Source: Chitinophagales bacterium
GTDB lineage: Bacteria > Bacteroidota > Bacteroidia > Chitinophagales > UBA10324
Length of the DNA: 64,000 nucleotides
Direction: 5' to 3'
NCBI GenBank assembly: GCA_013816805.1
Contig: JACDDS010000003.1
Location: 8,582 to 72,581, forward strand
Shown here: positions 26,001-35,917 of the stretch, one piece after another
Position numbering within the stretch: the first letter of the stretch is position 1
How the letters are laid out: each line of letters starts with the position of its first letter
The notes under the pieces: generated by a model
The model's database searches: none
What the model was told of the DNA's origin: nothing
Seen by the model: only the letters and a program-made list of their open reading frames with translations
Made by a program: the position numbers and the translations under genes

Positions 26001-27524
26001 GGTAACCAATCCGCGCTGTTCATATTTTATAAACCCGTCTTCCACTAATTTGTAATAAATTCCCTTTAATGTTTCTTCTGAATAATTGCCCTCTATTCTT
26101 TTGGCCAGGTCACTGGCATCAAATTCACGCTGACCGGATTTTTCAGCAATCGTCTTTATTTTTTCAAGGATATTATAATCTGCCAGGTTCTGATATTTTT
26201 CCAGCCTTGATTTATCAAAATAGTTAAAGGATTCGTAGCTCACTGAAGTTTGGCCAGCCGTAGTAAGGTTTCGGATATAAAAGTTCGGTTTACTCATATC
26301 CCAAAAAATAACATCTGCGAAAATGTCTGTCTTGTGGTAGAAATCGCGAAAAGGAGTTTTAGCTATTCCGCTTGCCCCTCTTAGCAGAAGAAGCTGGCGC
26401 GTTAAAATGTCGTAGCGCATGGTTGCTCCCCCGTGATAAAGTGAATCAGTATTCAGCGTTATATTCACCTCAGCATCCATTGAGCTGATTTTATTATTCT
26501 TAATTTCAAAAGCAGTAGAACGGGCAATCAGGCCCACCTTATTATCATACCGTTGTATTTTGATAATTGCCTTTTGATCATTTGTTCCGGATGCGCTCAT
26601 CGTTGCTCCCTGCAGAGAGATGCCAGCCGTTAGCTGAACATTTGATGCTATGCGTTGAAAGCTTAAGTCTTTTTGGTACGAATCAAATCGAGGATAAGAG
26701 GCAGTTTCTTTATTATAATCTGTAAATAATTTATCAGAAAATTTACCAACCACATTTTTTTTACTGAATGAGGAAAAGTTGAGGAGAGCAGAATCAACTA
26801 CATATTCTGTCTTTGAAAGATCAATTTGATAATTTGTAAAGTTTACATAAACTTCTTCTGCAGGAAGACCTGCACGGGTCCAGTCAACTCTTCCATTTTC
26901 GCCGATCCATTTATTATCCAGCGGGTAATAAGTTCCATTTGTTTGCATAATCCGGATGGAATCGCCGGCAGATAGGGCTGATAAATTAATATTAGAAATT
27001 GTTAAAACCGGTGTGTCATCCCGTATTTGCAGACTATAGTCTTTTGAGGAAATCTTCCAGAACCTTTCTTGTTTTGCATATAAAATATTTTGTGAAAACA
27101 GATTAAGGGAAAAATCCAGAAAAGTCTCATATGACTTGTTACTTCCTGATTTTTGCCTGGTGATGAGAAAAAGTAAAACCGTTTTCCATTGTTGCCATAA
27201 TTGGTCTGATACTGAATTTTTTTCAATAGTAGCAATTGTATTTATATACTTTACAAAATACGGATAACCAGCCATTCTGCTTGATTGCATAGCAGATGCA
27301 ATGGCCATGATATCTGATTGCTTATCCTGCGGGAAACTACTCCATACTGCGGCAAAATCATTGGATGTTTGCTTTGCATCATCCCTTTTTGTTTGGTTCA
27401 ACAGATCATTAATTTCTTTTTGAAAAGCAGAAGGATCGCCGGAGTATGTGGTAGCAGGTTGCGCTATAGAAAAAGAATAGAGAAAGGTGGATACTGCAAC
27501 AATAAAAATACGAAGCCCCGTCAA
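23055..27524 (-). CDS. very large (1489 aa) secreted protein of unknown function
   Basis: A single uninterrupted ORF. Signal peptide MTGLRIFIVAVSTFLYSFSIAQP. Beta-rich, Lys/Asn/Ser-rich composition. I recognise no catalytic motif and no T9SS CTD. Confidence 0.6.
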   Translation of the reverse strand: MTGLRIFIVAVSTFLYSFSIAQPATTYSGDPSAFQKEINDLLNQTKRDDAKQTSNDFAAVWSSFPQDKQSDIMAIASAMQSSRMAGYPYFVKYINTIATIEKNSVSDQLWQQWKTVLLFLITRQKSGSNKSYETFLDFSLNLFSQNILYAKQERFWKISSKDYSLQIRDDTPVLTISNINLSALSAGDSIRIMQTNGTYYPLDNKWIGENGRVDWTRAGLPAEEVYVNFTNYQIDLSKTEYVVDSALLNFSSFSKKNVVGKFSDKLFTDYNKETASYPRFDSYQKDLSFQRIASNVQLTAGISLQGATMSASGTNDQKAIIKIQRYDNKVGLIARSTAFEIKNNKISSMDAEVNITLNTDSLYHGGATMRYDILTRQLLLLRGASGIAKTPFRDFYHKTDIFADVIFWDMSKPNFYIRNLTTAGQTSVSYESFNYFDKSRLEKYQNLADYNILEKIKTIAEKSGQREFDASDLAKRIEGNYSEETLKGIYYKLVEDGFIKYEQRGLVTVLDKAFFYVNANKKLVNYDNIQLSSQTDTVNGQMDLRNLNLRVGGVSSIPLSDSNFVIIFPRKDSLLMKQNRNIDFSGRMFAGWLDMNGSGFKYNYDSNQMNLSKVDSLIINIPTGKFDEKHQPVLGPIKSTIENVTGSLQVDSKSSTRVHKKNPQFPIITTTKPSYIYYDNPGLFNGSYKRTKFYLQLDPFILDSLNNLQVSKVAFDGKLVSAGIFPEIKDHVSIQPDLSLGFKITKMDLPLYGGKGSYSKEIILNNSGLKGKGTIKFLSSTTQSREIIFLPDSLLAKADSFSIAASLIGKTEFPNVKGSKGTILWRPSHDSMIVKTDSIPFKIFDEKSSLKGTVVLRSTGMRGSGTVDWSDAILSSRDILFAKNRMSADTADFYIKSKDPKQPSLRTNNVKAKIDFDKRTGEFKSNTNDIATVFPYNQYRTSISEFRWDMDNNKMTFNAPQGSSALFTSTNPEQDSLSFTGSGAIYDMKQYVLKINKVPYITVADAKIFPDSGKITIEGNAAMRTLTKAKITMDTASGFHKFDSVTATIYGRRELKVTAAIYNYINRSGKPQKIRIDDMGIFKDTADHQLHIYAKGGVDTAMQFQLLPKISYKGRVNVVSNIRDIALKGYAKLDINNPNIRAEWFSVNGYVSKDSNYVYFNDPVNESHKPVTAGIVFDADSSDLYTSFFNAKKSYRDKNLFTANGMVYYDEKLKQYIAGNPDKILRNAVKGNVLKYSDATGKVAAEGKMDMSLNFGLVKINAAGSVSTDVIKNDFLFNLMLGIQFDIDKDLVVKFSKDVIEGNYDAAEASYQSDAFQKNIAELIVAKNEKSFNEQFASTNSFSKSKALPYTILISDVEMKWDKTSRSFYSTKPFSIAFINDKSVAKVVKGYLELGYKRSGDYMNLYIPAGADDWYFFNYASGNMQIASGDEAFNTALEKIKPDKRTAKSDESGGYQYNPGSENKKNTFINRIKFLQSGSSAPAPKQTHK

Positions 27525-27647
27525 TGGAATTACTTTCTTCTCAAACGACAGTATCGAATTTAAATTTTTCTATAATGCACTATAAAAAGCATTACAAATG
27601 ATAGTCAATGTTTTCTTCCATCTTTTACATTAAATCTATTAGAATTT

Positions 27648-28478
27648 CTACTTAGACTTCAGCTGCATTGCTATCCAATTGTTTTCAGTAAACTTATCCG
27701 TTAATTGAAGTTGATAAAATGAAGTTTTATGCAAGATGGCACCCATATCATTATTATAGAATCCGCTCAAAAACAGAGCACCTTGATTATTTAGTGATTT
27801 GGCTAAATTTTCAATAGAATGAATAATTACTTCCCGGTTAATATTAGCAAGTATAATATCGAATTTATTTTCCTTCAATGAATCAATGCCCCCGTGGATA
27901 ACCCGTGCATTGAGGATATTATTTAAAAAAATATTCTCCTTCGCATTGTCCGTTGCATGGTTATCATTATCAATGGCTAAAATTTCTGAGGCCCCAAGCC
28001 TTGATGCAAGAATTGACAGAATACCGGTGCCGGTACCAAAATCAAGTACCTTTTTATTGGTAAAATTTTCTTGCAGCATCATTCGAAGCATCATAGCAGT
28101 GGTTTCATGATGGCCAGTACCAAAAGCCATTTTAGGGTCTATTACAATGTCATGTTTAACAACAGGAATTTTAAGATGAAATGAAGCACGAACAACAATT
28201 TCTTCCCCGATAACAATAGGCTGAAAATTTTTTTCCCATAAGGCATTCCAATTTTGATATGGTATTACATGCCTTACATAGTGAACCGGAAAATATTGCT
28301 GCATCAACTGAATACATTGATCGAAATCAGCCTGGTAAAAATCTGAAACCGGAATAAAAGCAATTGTATTGTATGTTTCTTCCTGAAATCCTCCAAACCC
28401 TATATCAGATAAATGTGCTATCAGGATCTCTTTTTGCCAATCTTCAGGAAACGAAAAAGAAAAAGAAAGGTAATCCAT
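27648..28478 (-). CDS. prmA: ribosomal protein L11 methyltransferase
   Basis: IDPKMAFGTGHHETT and VLDFGTGTGILSI (SAM motif I). Size 276 aa. Confidence 0.9.
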   Translation of the reverse strand: MDYLSFSFSFPEDWQKEILIAHLSDIGFGGFQEETYNTIAFIPVSDFYQADFDQCIQLMQQYFPVHYVRHVIPYQNWNALWEKNFQPIVIGEEIVVRASFHLKIPVVKHDIVIDPKMAFGTGHHETTAMMLRMMLQENFTNKKVLDFGTGTGILSILASRLGASEILAIDNDNHATDNAKENIFLNNILNARVIHGGIDSLKENKFDIILANINREVIIHSIENLAKSLNNQGALFLSGFYNNDMGAILHKTSFYQLQLTDKFTENNWIAMQLKSK

Positions 28479-28563
28479 AGTCTTGTTTGGTTAGGGTAAA
28501 GTAAATTATGATTTTAGCACAGATTATTTGAGATTCGTAAATTGCTTTTGGAGGCCTCATGGA

Positions 28564-30564
28564 ATGCGGATCATTAAAATCTATCTGAAAAAATTATCAG
28601 GTAAATATTATTCTAAACCTTATAGTCGATTATACGGCTTCATTCTTTTACTGCTCTTTTTGTCTGAAAAAAATTTTGCACAGGGCATTACCTATAAAGA
28701 TTGTATTGGAGAAATTGCAGATTGCGAGTCAGAAGCTGTACTGCATCGATTAGGTTTTATTGCTACCGCTCCTTCTCAGGATTATGATTTGAAGTATGCA
28801 CGGCTTTACTGGACCATTGATCCTGATACACTTTTTATCCAGGGAACGGTTACTTTTTATTTACAGATAGTAAATGCCACTAACCTGCTTTTTTTTGACT
28901 GTTCTGATACTTTATCTATTGACTCAATAAAATATCACGGATCTCAAATTGTTTATCATCAGTTACCCGGTGATATATTACAGGTTGATTTGACAAATAA
29001 TCTTACAGAAGGGTCCATGGATTCCCTTTCTATTTCCTATCATGGTATACCTGTAAGTACAGGCTTTGGTTCCTACCAGCAAACCCAGGTATCTGGTATA
29101 AATAATATTTGGACACTCTCAGAGCCTTACGGAGCAAAAGACTGGTGGCCTTGCAAACAGACATTGAATGATAAAATAGATTCTATAGATAGCTTCATTA
29201 CGATACCTGTCGGAAACCTTGCAGGCACTGCAGGCCTTCTGATTAAATGCGATACAGAAGGAAGCTGGGTTACAATGCACTGGAAACACAGGTACCCTAT
29301 TGCGAGTTATCTTATTGGTATTTCAGTCACAAAATATGCAGCATTTTCTGTTTTTGTCCCTGATGGCAGTGATTCTATTCCTATCCTGAATTATGTTTTT
29401 CCCGATCAGCTGCAATATGCGGAAGAAAGCGTGCCTTCCATTATTTCTCCTTTTCAGCTGTACAGTTCATTGTTTGGAGAGTATCCTTTTAAAAAGGAAA
29501 AATACGGGCACATGCAATTTGGATGGGGTGGAGGAGAGGAACACCAAACCATGAGTTCGATGGCGAATTTCGGCTATGAAATAATGGTGCATGAACTGGC
29601 GCACCAGTGGTTTGGCGATAAGGTAACATGCGGTAGCTGGAATGATGTGTGGCTTAATGAAGGCTTTGCAACTTACCTGACCGGCTTGTGCTACGAAAAT
29701 TTTTCCCCTCAGTTATATTGGCCTATTTGGAAATCCCAAACTGTCGGAAATATCATTTCACAGCCAAATGGATCCGTATTCGTAGATGATACTACAAGTG
29801 TCGATCGTATTTTCAGCAGCCGCCTGTCTTATAAAAAGGGATCCTATTTACTCCATATGTTACGCTGGAAAATTGGTGATTCATCATTTTTTAAGGGCAT
29901 ACGGGAATATCTAAATGATCCCGGCCTGGCTTATTCGTACGCACGAACGATTGACCTGAAGTCTCATCTGGAAAGTGTAAGCGGAATGGATCTTACGAGC
30001 TTCTTTAGCGAATGGTTTTACGGACAGGGGTTTCCATCTTATCAATTATTTTGGTCACAGGATAAAGACAATCTTGTAAAGCTGGTTCTCTATCAAAGCA
30101 CTTCTGATGTTACAGTTCCTTTTTTTGATTTACCGGTTCCGGTAAGGTTTAAGAGCGCTAATGATTCCACAGATTTGAGATTTGATCTTACATCAGGCGG
30201 AGAGCTCTTTTCCGCACAGTTGAATTTTAAAGCTGATACTGCAATCATTGACCCAGACTTTTGGTTAATTTCCGGAAATAATACGGTTAATAAAATTGCC
30301 GTTTCCCCGCAAAGCTTTTTTATCGGAATCTTTCCTACTATTACTACAGATATAATCAGTGCTCAAAATTTTGATCTTCAGCCTCATTCCGGAAGTATCA
30401 GGATATATGATATGGCAGGCCGGTTAAAAGAAGAAAAAGCTTTTTCGTTTGATTTGAATCAGCCGTTGCTTAATATATCATTGAAGAATCTTGCAGCGGG
30501 GTTATATTTTTTAAGGATTGAAACAGAGGCCAGTTCATTCACGCAACGTGTTCTGAAATATTAA
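28564..30564 (+). CDS. M1 family aminopeptidase with a T9SS C-terminal sorting domain
   Basis: HELAHQWFG plus WLNEGFATY (zinc site). The GAKDWWPC region matches the exopeptidase-motif area. The C-terminus ...GLYFLRIETEASSFTQRVLKY is a T9SS CTD. The start is probably the ATG at 28564. Confidence 0.85.
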   Translation: MRIIKIYLKKLSGKYYSKPYSRLYGFILLLLFLSEKNFAQGITYKDCIGEIADCESEAVLHRLGFIATAPSQDYDLKYARLYWTIDPDTLFIQGTVTFYLQIVNATNLLFFDCSDTLSIDSIKYHGSQIVYHQLPGDILQVDLTNNLTEGSMDSLSISYHGIPVSTGFGSYQQTQVSGINNIWTLSEPYGAKDWWPCKQTLNDKIDSIDSFITIPVGNLAGTAGLLIKCDTEGSWVTMHWKHRYPIASYLIGISVTKYAAFSVFVPDGSDSIPILNYVFPDQLQYAEESVPSIISPFQLYSSLFGEYPFKKEKYGHMQFGWGGGEEHQTMSSMANFGYEIMVHELAHQWFGDKVTCGSWNDVWLNEGFATYLTGLCYENFSPQLYWPIWKSQTVGNIISQPNGSVFVDDTTSVDRIFSSRLSYKKGSYLLHMLRWKIGDSSFFKGIREYLNDPGLAYSYARTIDLKSHLESVSGMDLTSFFSEWFYGQGFPSYQLFWSQDKDNLVKLVLYQSTSDVTVPFFDLPVPVRFKSANDSTDLRFDLTSGGELFSAQLNFKADTAIIDPDFWLISGNNTVNKIAVSPQSFFIGIFPTITTDIISAQNFDLQPHSGSIRIYDMAGRLKEEKAFSFDLNQPLLNISLKNLAAGLYFLRIETEASSFTQRVLKY

Positions 30565-33541
30565 CTGTGTCTTTGTTTCTCTTGTTTATACCAACCTTAA
30601 CTGTAAAATAAAAGCGGCTTCCTTTTCCGGGAATACTCTGGACTCCAATGTTCCCATTCATCATTTTAACTAACTTTTTCGCAATGGATAAACCTAATCC
30701 GGTGCCTCCGTATTTTCGTGTCAGATGATTATCAACCTGGCGGAAAGGCTCAAAAATGAGCTTCTGTTTTTCCTGAGATATTCCGATACCAAAGTCCCGA
30801 ACCGAAATGCCAATAATTGCATGATGGCTTTTCATCACTTTTAACTTCGTTCTTATGATTACATCTGCGTCTTTTGAAAATTTCATTGCATTACCGATCA
30901 GGTTTATTAAAACCTGACGTATACGGAAATCATCGCCTATAATTTCTTCGGGAATGGAATTATCCATGTTCAGCAGCAGCTTTATTTTCTGTTCTTCAGC
31001 CTTTACTTGAAAAGATCGGATAACTTCTGTAATGAGATCATTAAGGTTGAAGCTCTTGTTTAGTAATTCCAGCTGTCCCGATTCAATTTTTGAAATGTCG
31101 AGCAGATCATTTATAAGCTGTAAGAGCGAATCGGCAGAATACCTTACTATATCAAGATATTCACGTTGCTGGTCACTCGGCTGAGTCTGTAGCAAGAGGT
31201 CTGTAAATCCAATAATGCCATTCATTGGTGTTCTGATCTCGTGGCTCATATTAGCAAGAAACTGGCTTTTGGTGCGGTTAGCGGCTTCGGCCGTATCCTT
31301 TGCTTCACGTAATGACTGCTCAAAATATTTTTGTTGTGTAATATTCCTGCCAAGAACCGAAACACCGATAATGTTTCCCTCCCCCATCCGGATGGGGTTT
31401 AAGGAAAACTCAACAAAAAGTTCTTTACCATTAATATCAAACCTATCGACAATATTATATGATTCTCCTTTTTTTGAGCGGTCATACCGCTCCACCCAGG
31501 TAGTGGCTAAATCCGGCGGTAAGCCCTCTGTAATTATTTTTCCCTGCTTCATCGTTACCCCGTATTGTCGTGAAAAAACCTCGCTTATAGGCCGGTTAAA
31601 ATTCAGAATGCGCATGTCGCAATCAATTGACCAAATAGCTTCTTCCCGGTTTTCTATCAGGGCTGTAAGCTGCGCCTGGCTTTTGCGAAGGGCATCTTCC
31701 ATTTGTTGCCGTTCCGTAATATCCACGGCTGTTCCCAGAATGCGAACCGGCATATTGTTTTCGTCACGAATCAGTTTACCTCTTGCTTCAATTACAATAT
31801 AATCTCCCTGTACCCGCTTTGTGCGGTATATATGGTGAAACATGGAGGACTGCCGGTACAGGTGTTTCCTTAGTTTGGCAAGCAGTTGCGGCAGATCATC
31901 TGGATGTACACAGCTTTTCCACTCATCGAAATATTTAGGATAGTCATCGTTTTGGTAACCGTAGATGGCCTTCCAGGCATCATTAAAAGATACCTTGTTG
32001 GTTACGATATTCCAATCCCAGATTCCTACATTCGTTCCTTCCACGGCAGCATTAAGTTGAACTTCGCTGCTTCGTAAAGCTCTCTCCGCTTTTTTTCGCT
32101 GGGAAATATCGAGAATACCCACTACCCGAACGTCTTTATTTTTGTATTGCCGCCTTCTTGAATAGACCTCTATATCGAAGCGGGTTCCGTCTTTTTTAAT
32201 ACCTGTAAATTCTTCTAAAAATGTTTCTCTCTTTTTAATAAGTGACTTCATTTCCTGCCGGAAGGCAGTTTCATAAAGCATATCAATTGGCTTGCCGGTA
32301 AGATCTTCAGGATCGTATTCAAAAATCTTACATGCTTCATTATTAAAATCTATTATGGTTCCATTTTCGTGTATTAAAATAGCCTCGCGGCTCTCTTGCA
32401 TAAAATATCTTAAACGCTCACGACTCTCCATTAAAATTTCGCGTGCGCGTAACTGCTCCGTGATATCCTCTGCGATGGAGGATAAAAAATCGAGCTTGCC
32501 ATTTTCATCTAAATGGGCAAGAATTATCTGTGCTGTTTCTATTTTTTTTCCATGCCTGGTCAAAAAGGCTGCCTGTCCCTTCCAGATACCTTGTTCTATA
32601 GCAGTAGGGATGGCTTCATTCAGAATGAATTCATTTGACTCCGGGGTCATTAAATCTTCAATTCGCAGATGTAATATGTCCTCAAGGATTTCATAGCCAA
32701 GCAAGGTTCTGCCGGCAGGGTTTATATAACGAAGCCCATTGTTATCCATCATCGCTACGTAATGCGGACTTGCTTCTATAAGGGAAATTAAACGTTGTTC
32801 TTCGATTCGCTTTACACGCAGCTCACTGATGTCGCGCATTAAAATTACCCTGATCTCATTCTCTCTGAATTGAATGGTTTTACCGGTTAACTCTACATAA
32901 ACAATATTCCCGGTTCTATTTATTATTTCTCTTATAACAGGAGAAGGCAGATTTTCACGGATGGTCTTTCGTATCTTTTCGTGTTCATATTTGGGTGTAA
33001 AATCGAAAATGGAATTCCCAATAAGCTCTTCACGTGAGTAGCCGAGCATCTTTAAGGTGGCATCATTCACATCTATAATAATTCCCTTTTCATGGATTAC
33101 TATTCCCTCAGTAGATGCCTCAAGCAAAAAGCGCAAGCGCTCATCATTTTCCTTTAATTCCGTTAACTTTTTTTTATTATCAGTAATATCTTTTATCGTG
33201 ATGATTCTGCCTTCGAAATCACCCTGATCATTTTGAAAAGGTATACCTTTAGTGATACCCCAAAAACCAGACGTATTCTTTTTATGAAAGAATCCTTCGA
33301 ACTCACAGGCAGCATCGGGAGGGTGGTTTAATCTCAAATGTTCATACTCTTTTCTCCATTCATCAGCAACTATAAGCGAAATACCTTCCTGACCGATCCA
33401 GTCTGTTTTAGAGTAACCGGTTAAAAGACACATCTTATTATTTACGAGTAAAACTTTTCCTTCCGCATTTTCTACTACAATCGCTTCATCAAGGGTTGTA
33501 AAAATGCGCTCGTAGAAAGATTCCGTTTCTTTCGGGGTCAT
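30539..33541 (-). CDS. cytoplasmic multi-PAS (about 6) sensor histidine kinase
   Basis: Repeated PAS/PAC-like modules. HisKA box FLANMSHEIRTPMNGIIGF. HATPase motifs NLIGNAMKF and GGTGLGLSI. No TM segment and no receiver domain. Confidence 0.85.
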   Translation of the reverse strand: MTPKETESFYERIFTTLDEAIVVENAEGKVLLVNNKMCLLTGYSKTDWIGQEGISLIVADEWRKEYEHLRLNHPPDAACEFEGFFHKKNTSGFWGITKGIPFQNDQGDFEGRIITIKDITDNKKKLTELKENDERLRFLLEASTEGIVIHEKGIIIDVNDATLKMLGYSREELIGNSIFDFTPKYEHEKIRKTIRENLPSPVIREIINRTGNIVYVELTGKTIQFRENEIRVILMRDISELRVKRIEEQRLISLIEASPHYVAMMDNNGLRYINPAGRTLLGYEILEDILHLRIEDLMTPESNEFILNEAIPTAIEQGIWKGQAAFLTRHGKKIETAQIILAHLDENGKLDFLSSIAEDITEQLRAREILMESRERLRYFMQESREAILIHENGTIIDFNNEACKIFEYDPEDLTGKPIDMLYETAFRQEMKSLIKKRETFLEEFTGIKKDGTRFDIEVYSRRRQYKNKDVRVVGILDISQRKKAERALRSSEVQLNAAVEGTNVGIWDWNIVTNKVSFNDAWKAIYGYQNDDYPKYFDEWKSCVHPDDLPQLLAKLRKHLYRQSSMFHHIYRTKRVQGDYIVIEARGKLIRDENNMPVRILGTAVDITERQQMEDALRKSQAQLTALIENREEAIWSIDCDMRILNFNRPISEVFSRQYGVTMKQGKIITEGLPPDLATTWVERYDRSKKGESYNIVDRFDINGKELFVEFSLNPIRMGEGNIIGVSVLGRNITQQKYFEQSLREAKDTAEAANRTKSQFLANMSHEIRTPMNGIIGFTDLLLQTQPSDQQREYLDIVRYSADSLLQLINDLLDISKIESGQLELLNKSFNLNDLITEVIRSFQVKAEEQKIKLLLNMDNSIPEEIIGDDFRIRQVLINLIGNAMKFSKDADVIIRTKLKVMKSHHAIIGISVRDFGIGISQEKQKLIFEPFRQVDNHLTRKYGGTGLGLSIAKKLVKMMNGNIGVQSIPGKGSRFYFTVKVGINKRNKDTVNISEHVA

Positions 33542-33784
33542 ACAGAGAGAATTGCCCGGGGCTTCATAGAGTTCTTAAATATAATTAATTTTCAATAAAT
33601 TAACCTTAAACAGGTACAGTAAATGGCTCACCTTAAATAGTAATACAGTCTTATAATTTCTTCTTTTCTTTTTTATTTTTACTGTTACCAATAACAACCT
33701 TTCATTTATTGCTGTTATCTGCGAAAAAAAGCCTCTAAAAATTGATGCATTTCCTAATATTTTATTTTAAAAAAAACTCCAACT

Positions 33785-35917
33785 ATGAAAGTCTACGACG
33801 ATAAGCATATAAAAAATCTTGTACTCTTGGGCGGTTCTAAGGCTGGTAAAACCACACTTGCAGAAACGATGATGTTCGAAGCGGGACTTATTTCACGGCG
33901 TGGAAATGTGGAAGATGGAACCACTGTTTCTGATTACCATGAAATTGAACAGCAAAGAGGAAATTCTGTATATGCTACTTCAATTCATACCGAATGGCGT
34001 GACTATAAAATAAATATTATTGATACACCGGGATTGGATGATTTTATTGGAGAAGTAATAGCGGCATTAAGGGTTGCCGATACAGGTGTAATGCTGCTTA
34101 ATGCTCAGCATGGTGTAGAAGTTGGAACTGAACTCATTTGGAATTATGTAGAGCAATTCAATAAACCAATAATTTTTGCGATTAACCAGCTCGACCATGA
34201 GAAATCAAATTTTGAAGAAACAATTGAGCAGGCCAAAAAACGGTTCGGCAAGCCTTTTACGCTTATGCAGTATCCTGTTAATGAAGGAATGGGGTTCAAT
34301 ACAATAATTGATCTGCTGAAAATGACGATGTATAAGTTTGGACCCAATGGCGGAAAACCGGAGAAGCTCCCAATTCCTGATTCGGAAAAAGCCCGCGCTG
34401 AAGAGCTTCACAATCAGCTGGTGGAGATTGCAGCAGAGAATGATGAAAAGCTGATGGAATTATATTTTGATAAGGGTTCTTTGGATGAAGATGAAATGAG
34501 ACAGGGAATAAAGCTGGGAATGATGAATCACCAGGTATTTCCTGTATTCTGCGTTTCGGCAAAAAGAGATATGGGCAGCGGAAGAATGATGGGCTTTATT
34601 GATAATGTAGCACCATCAGCCAATGAAATGCCCCCGGAGCAAACAGAAGAAGGAAAAGAAATTCCGTGTGATGTAAAAGGCCAGACGGTTCTTTTTATTT
34701 ATAAGTCCTTAATTGAACCGCACCTTGGAAATCTTTCGCTTTTTAAAGTAATATCCGGCGATATTGTTTCAGGAACAGACATAACCAATTCCGATAACGC
34801 AACTCTGGAACGATTCAACCAGCTATTCATCGTAGATGGAAAAAATAGGATCCCTATTAATCGGCTGGTGGCAGGAGACTTAGGAGCTACTCTCAAATTA
34901 AAAAATACATATACGAACCAAACCCTTTATGGAAAAGGGCCAAGAGTAAAAGTGAGGCCTATTGAATTCCCGGAGCCTCGCTTGAGCGTAGCAATTGTTA
35001 CAAAAAATAAGGGGGATGATGAAAAATTAAGTTCGGTGCTGGCAGATATTCACCGGGAAGATCCTACTCTTTTAGTTGAATATTCACGAGAATTGAAACA
35101 GGTGATCTTACATGGCCAGGGTGAGCTGCATTTACAGGCAATTAAGTGGCGGCTTGAAAATATCTATAAGATGCAGATAGATTTCCAGAAAACTAAAATT
35201 CCATACAGAGAAACGATCCGGCGGGAAGCACGTACAACCTACCGGCATAAAAAACAGTCAGGGGGAGCGGGACAATTTGCAGAAGTGGCAATGATGATTG
35301 AGCCTTACCGGGAAGGGTATAAGCTGCCAGGCGAATTTAATTTGAGGGGCAAAGAAGAAATTACTTTGGATTGGGGAGGAAAACTTATCTATCATAATTG
35401 TATTGTAGGAGGTGTTATTGATACCCGTTTTCTGCCCTCAATTCTTAAAGGAATTATGGATAAGATGGCCGAAGGACCTACTACAGGTTCCTATGTGCGT
35501 GACATTAACGTATATATCTATGATGGCAAAATGCATCCCGTTGATTCGAATGATATGGCTTTTAAGATTGCAGGAATGATGGCTTTTAAAGAATCTTTTC
35601 AACAGGCTGATCCTAAGCTTCTGGAACCTATTTATGAATTGGATGTACTTGTGCCGGAAGAACAAATGGGTGACGTAATGGGTGATCTTAACACCCGCAG
35701 AGCTATCATTCTTGGCATGGATTCAAAAGGATCGTACCAGATAGTAAAGGCACGTGTCCCGCTATCAGAGCTTGATAAATATTCTAATACCCTCAGGTCT
35801 ATTACGCAGGGCAAAGCAAGCTTTAAAATGCGCTTTGCAAACTATGAACTGGTTCCTGCTGAGATTCAGAAAAAATTAGCCGATGAATATGCGAAGCATG
35901 CAAAAGACGAACATTGA
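33785..35917 (+). CDS. elongation factor G paralog (EF-G2-like translational GTPase)
   Basis: P-loop GGSKAGKTT, DTPG, five-domain length (710 aa) and EF-G domain IV/V-like sequence. G4 reads NQLD rather than NKxD. Confidence 0.8.
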   Translation: MKVYDDKHIKNLVLLGGSKAGKTTLAETMMFEAGLISRRGNVEDGTTVSDYHEIEQQRGNSVYATSIHTEWRDYKINIIDTPGLDDFIGEVIAALRVADTGVMLLNAQHGVEVGTELIWNYVEQFNKPIIFAINQLDHEKSNFEETIEQAKKRFGKPFTLMQYPVNEGMGFNTIIDLLKMTMYKFGPNGGKPEKLPIPDSEKARAEELHNQLVEIAAENDEKLMELYFDKGSLDEDEMRQGIKLGMMNHQVFPVFCVSAKRDMGSGRMMGFIDNVAPSANEMPPEQTEEGKEIPCDVKGQTVLFIYKSLIEPHLGNLSLFKVISGDIVSGTDITNSDNATLERFNQLFIVDGKNRIPINRLVAGDLGATLKLKNTYTNQTLYGKGPRVKVRPIEFPEPRLSVAIVTKNKGDDEKLSSVLADIHREDPTLLVEYSRELKQVILHGQGELHLQAIKWRLENIYKMQIDFQKTKIPYRETIRREARTTYRHKKQSGGAGQFAEVAMMIEPYREGYKLPGEFNLRGKEEITLDWGGKLIYHNCIVGGVIDTRFLPSILKGIMDKMAEGPTTGSYVRDINVYIYDGKMHPVDSNDMAFKIAGMMAFKESFQQADPKLLEPIYELDVLVPEEQMGDVMGDLNTRRAIILGMDSKGSYQIVKARVPLSELDKYSNTLRSITQGKASFKMRFANYELVPAEIQKKLADEYAKHAKDEH

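Noticed and set aside
30539-30564. 26-nt overlap between the convergent 3' ends of the M1 aminopeptidase and the PAS kinase genes.
   Set aside because: The overlap is real in the sequence. Short convergent overlaps are common in compact genomes, and no structure or motif suggests a special function.
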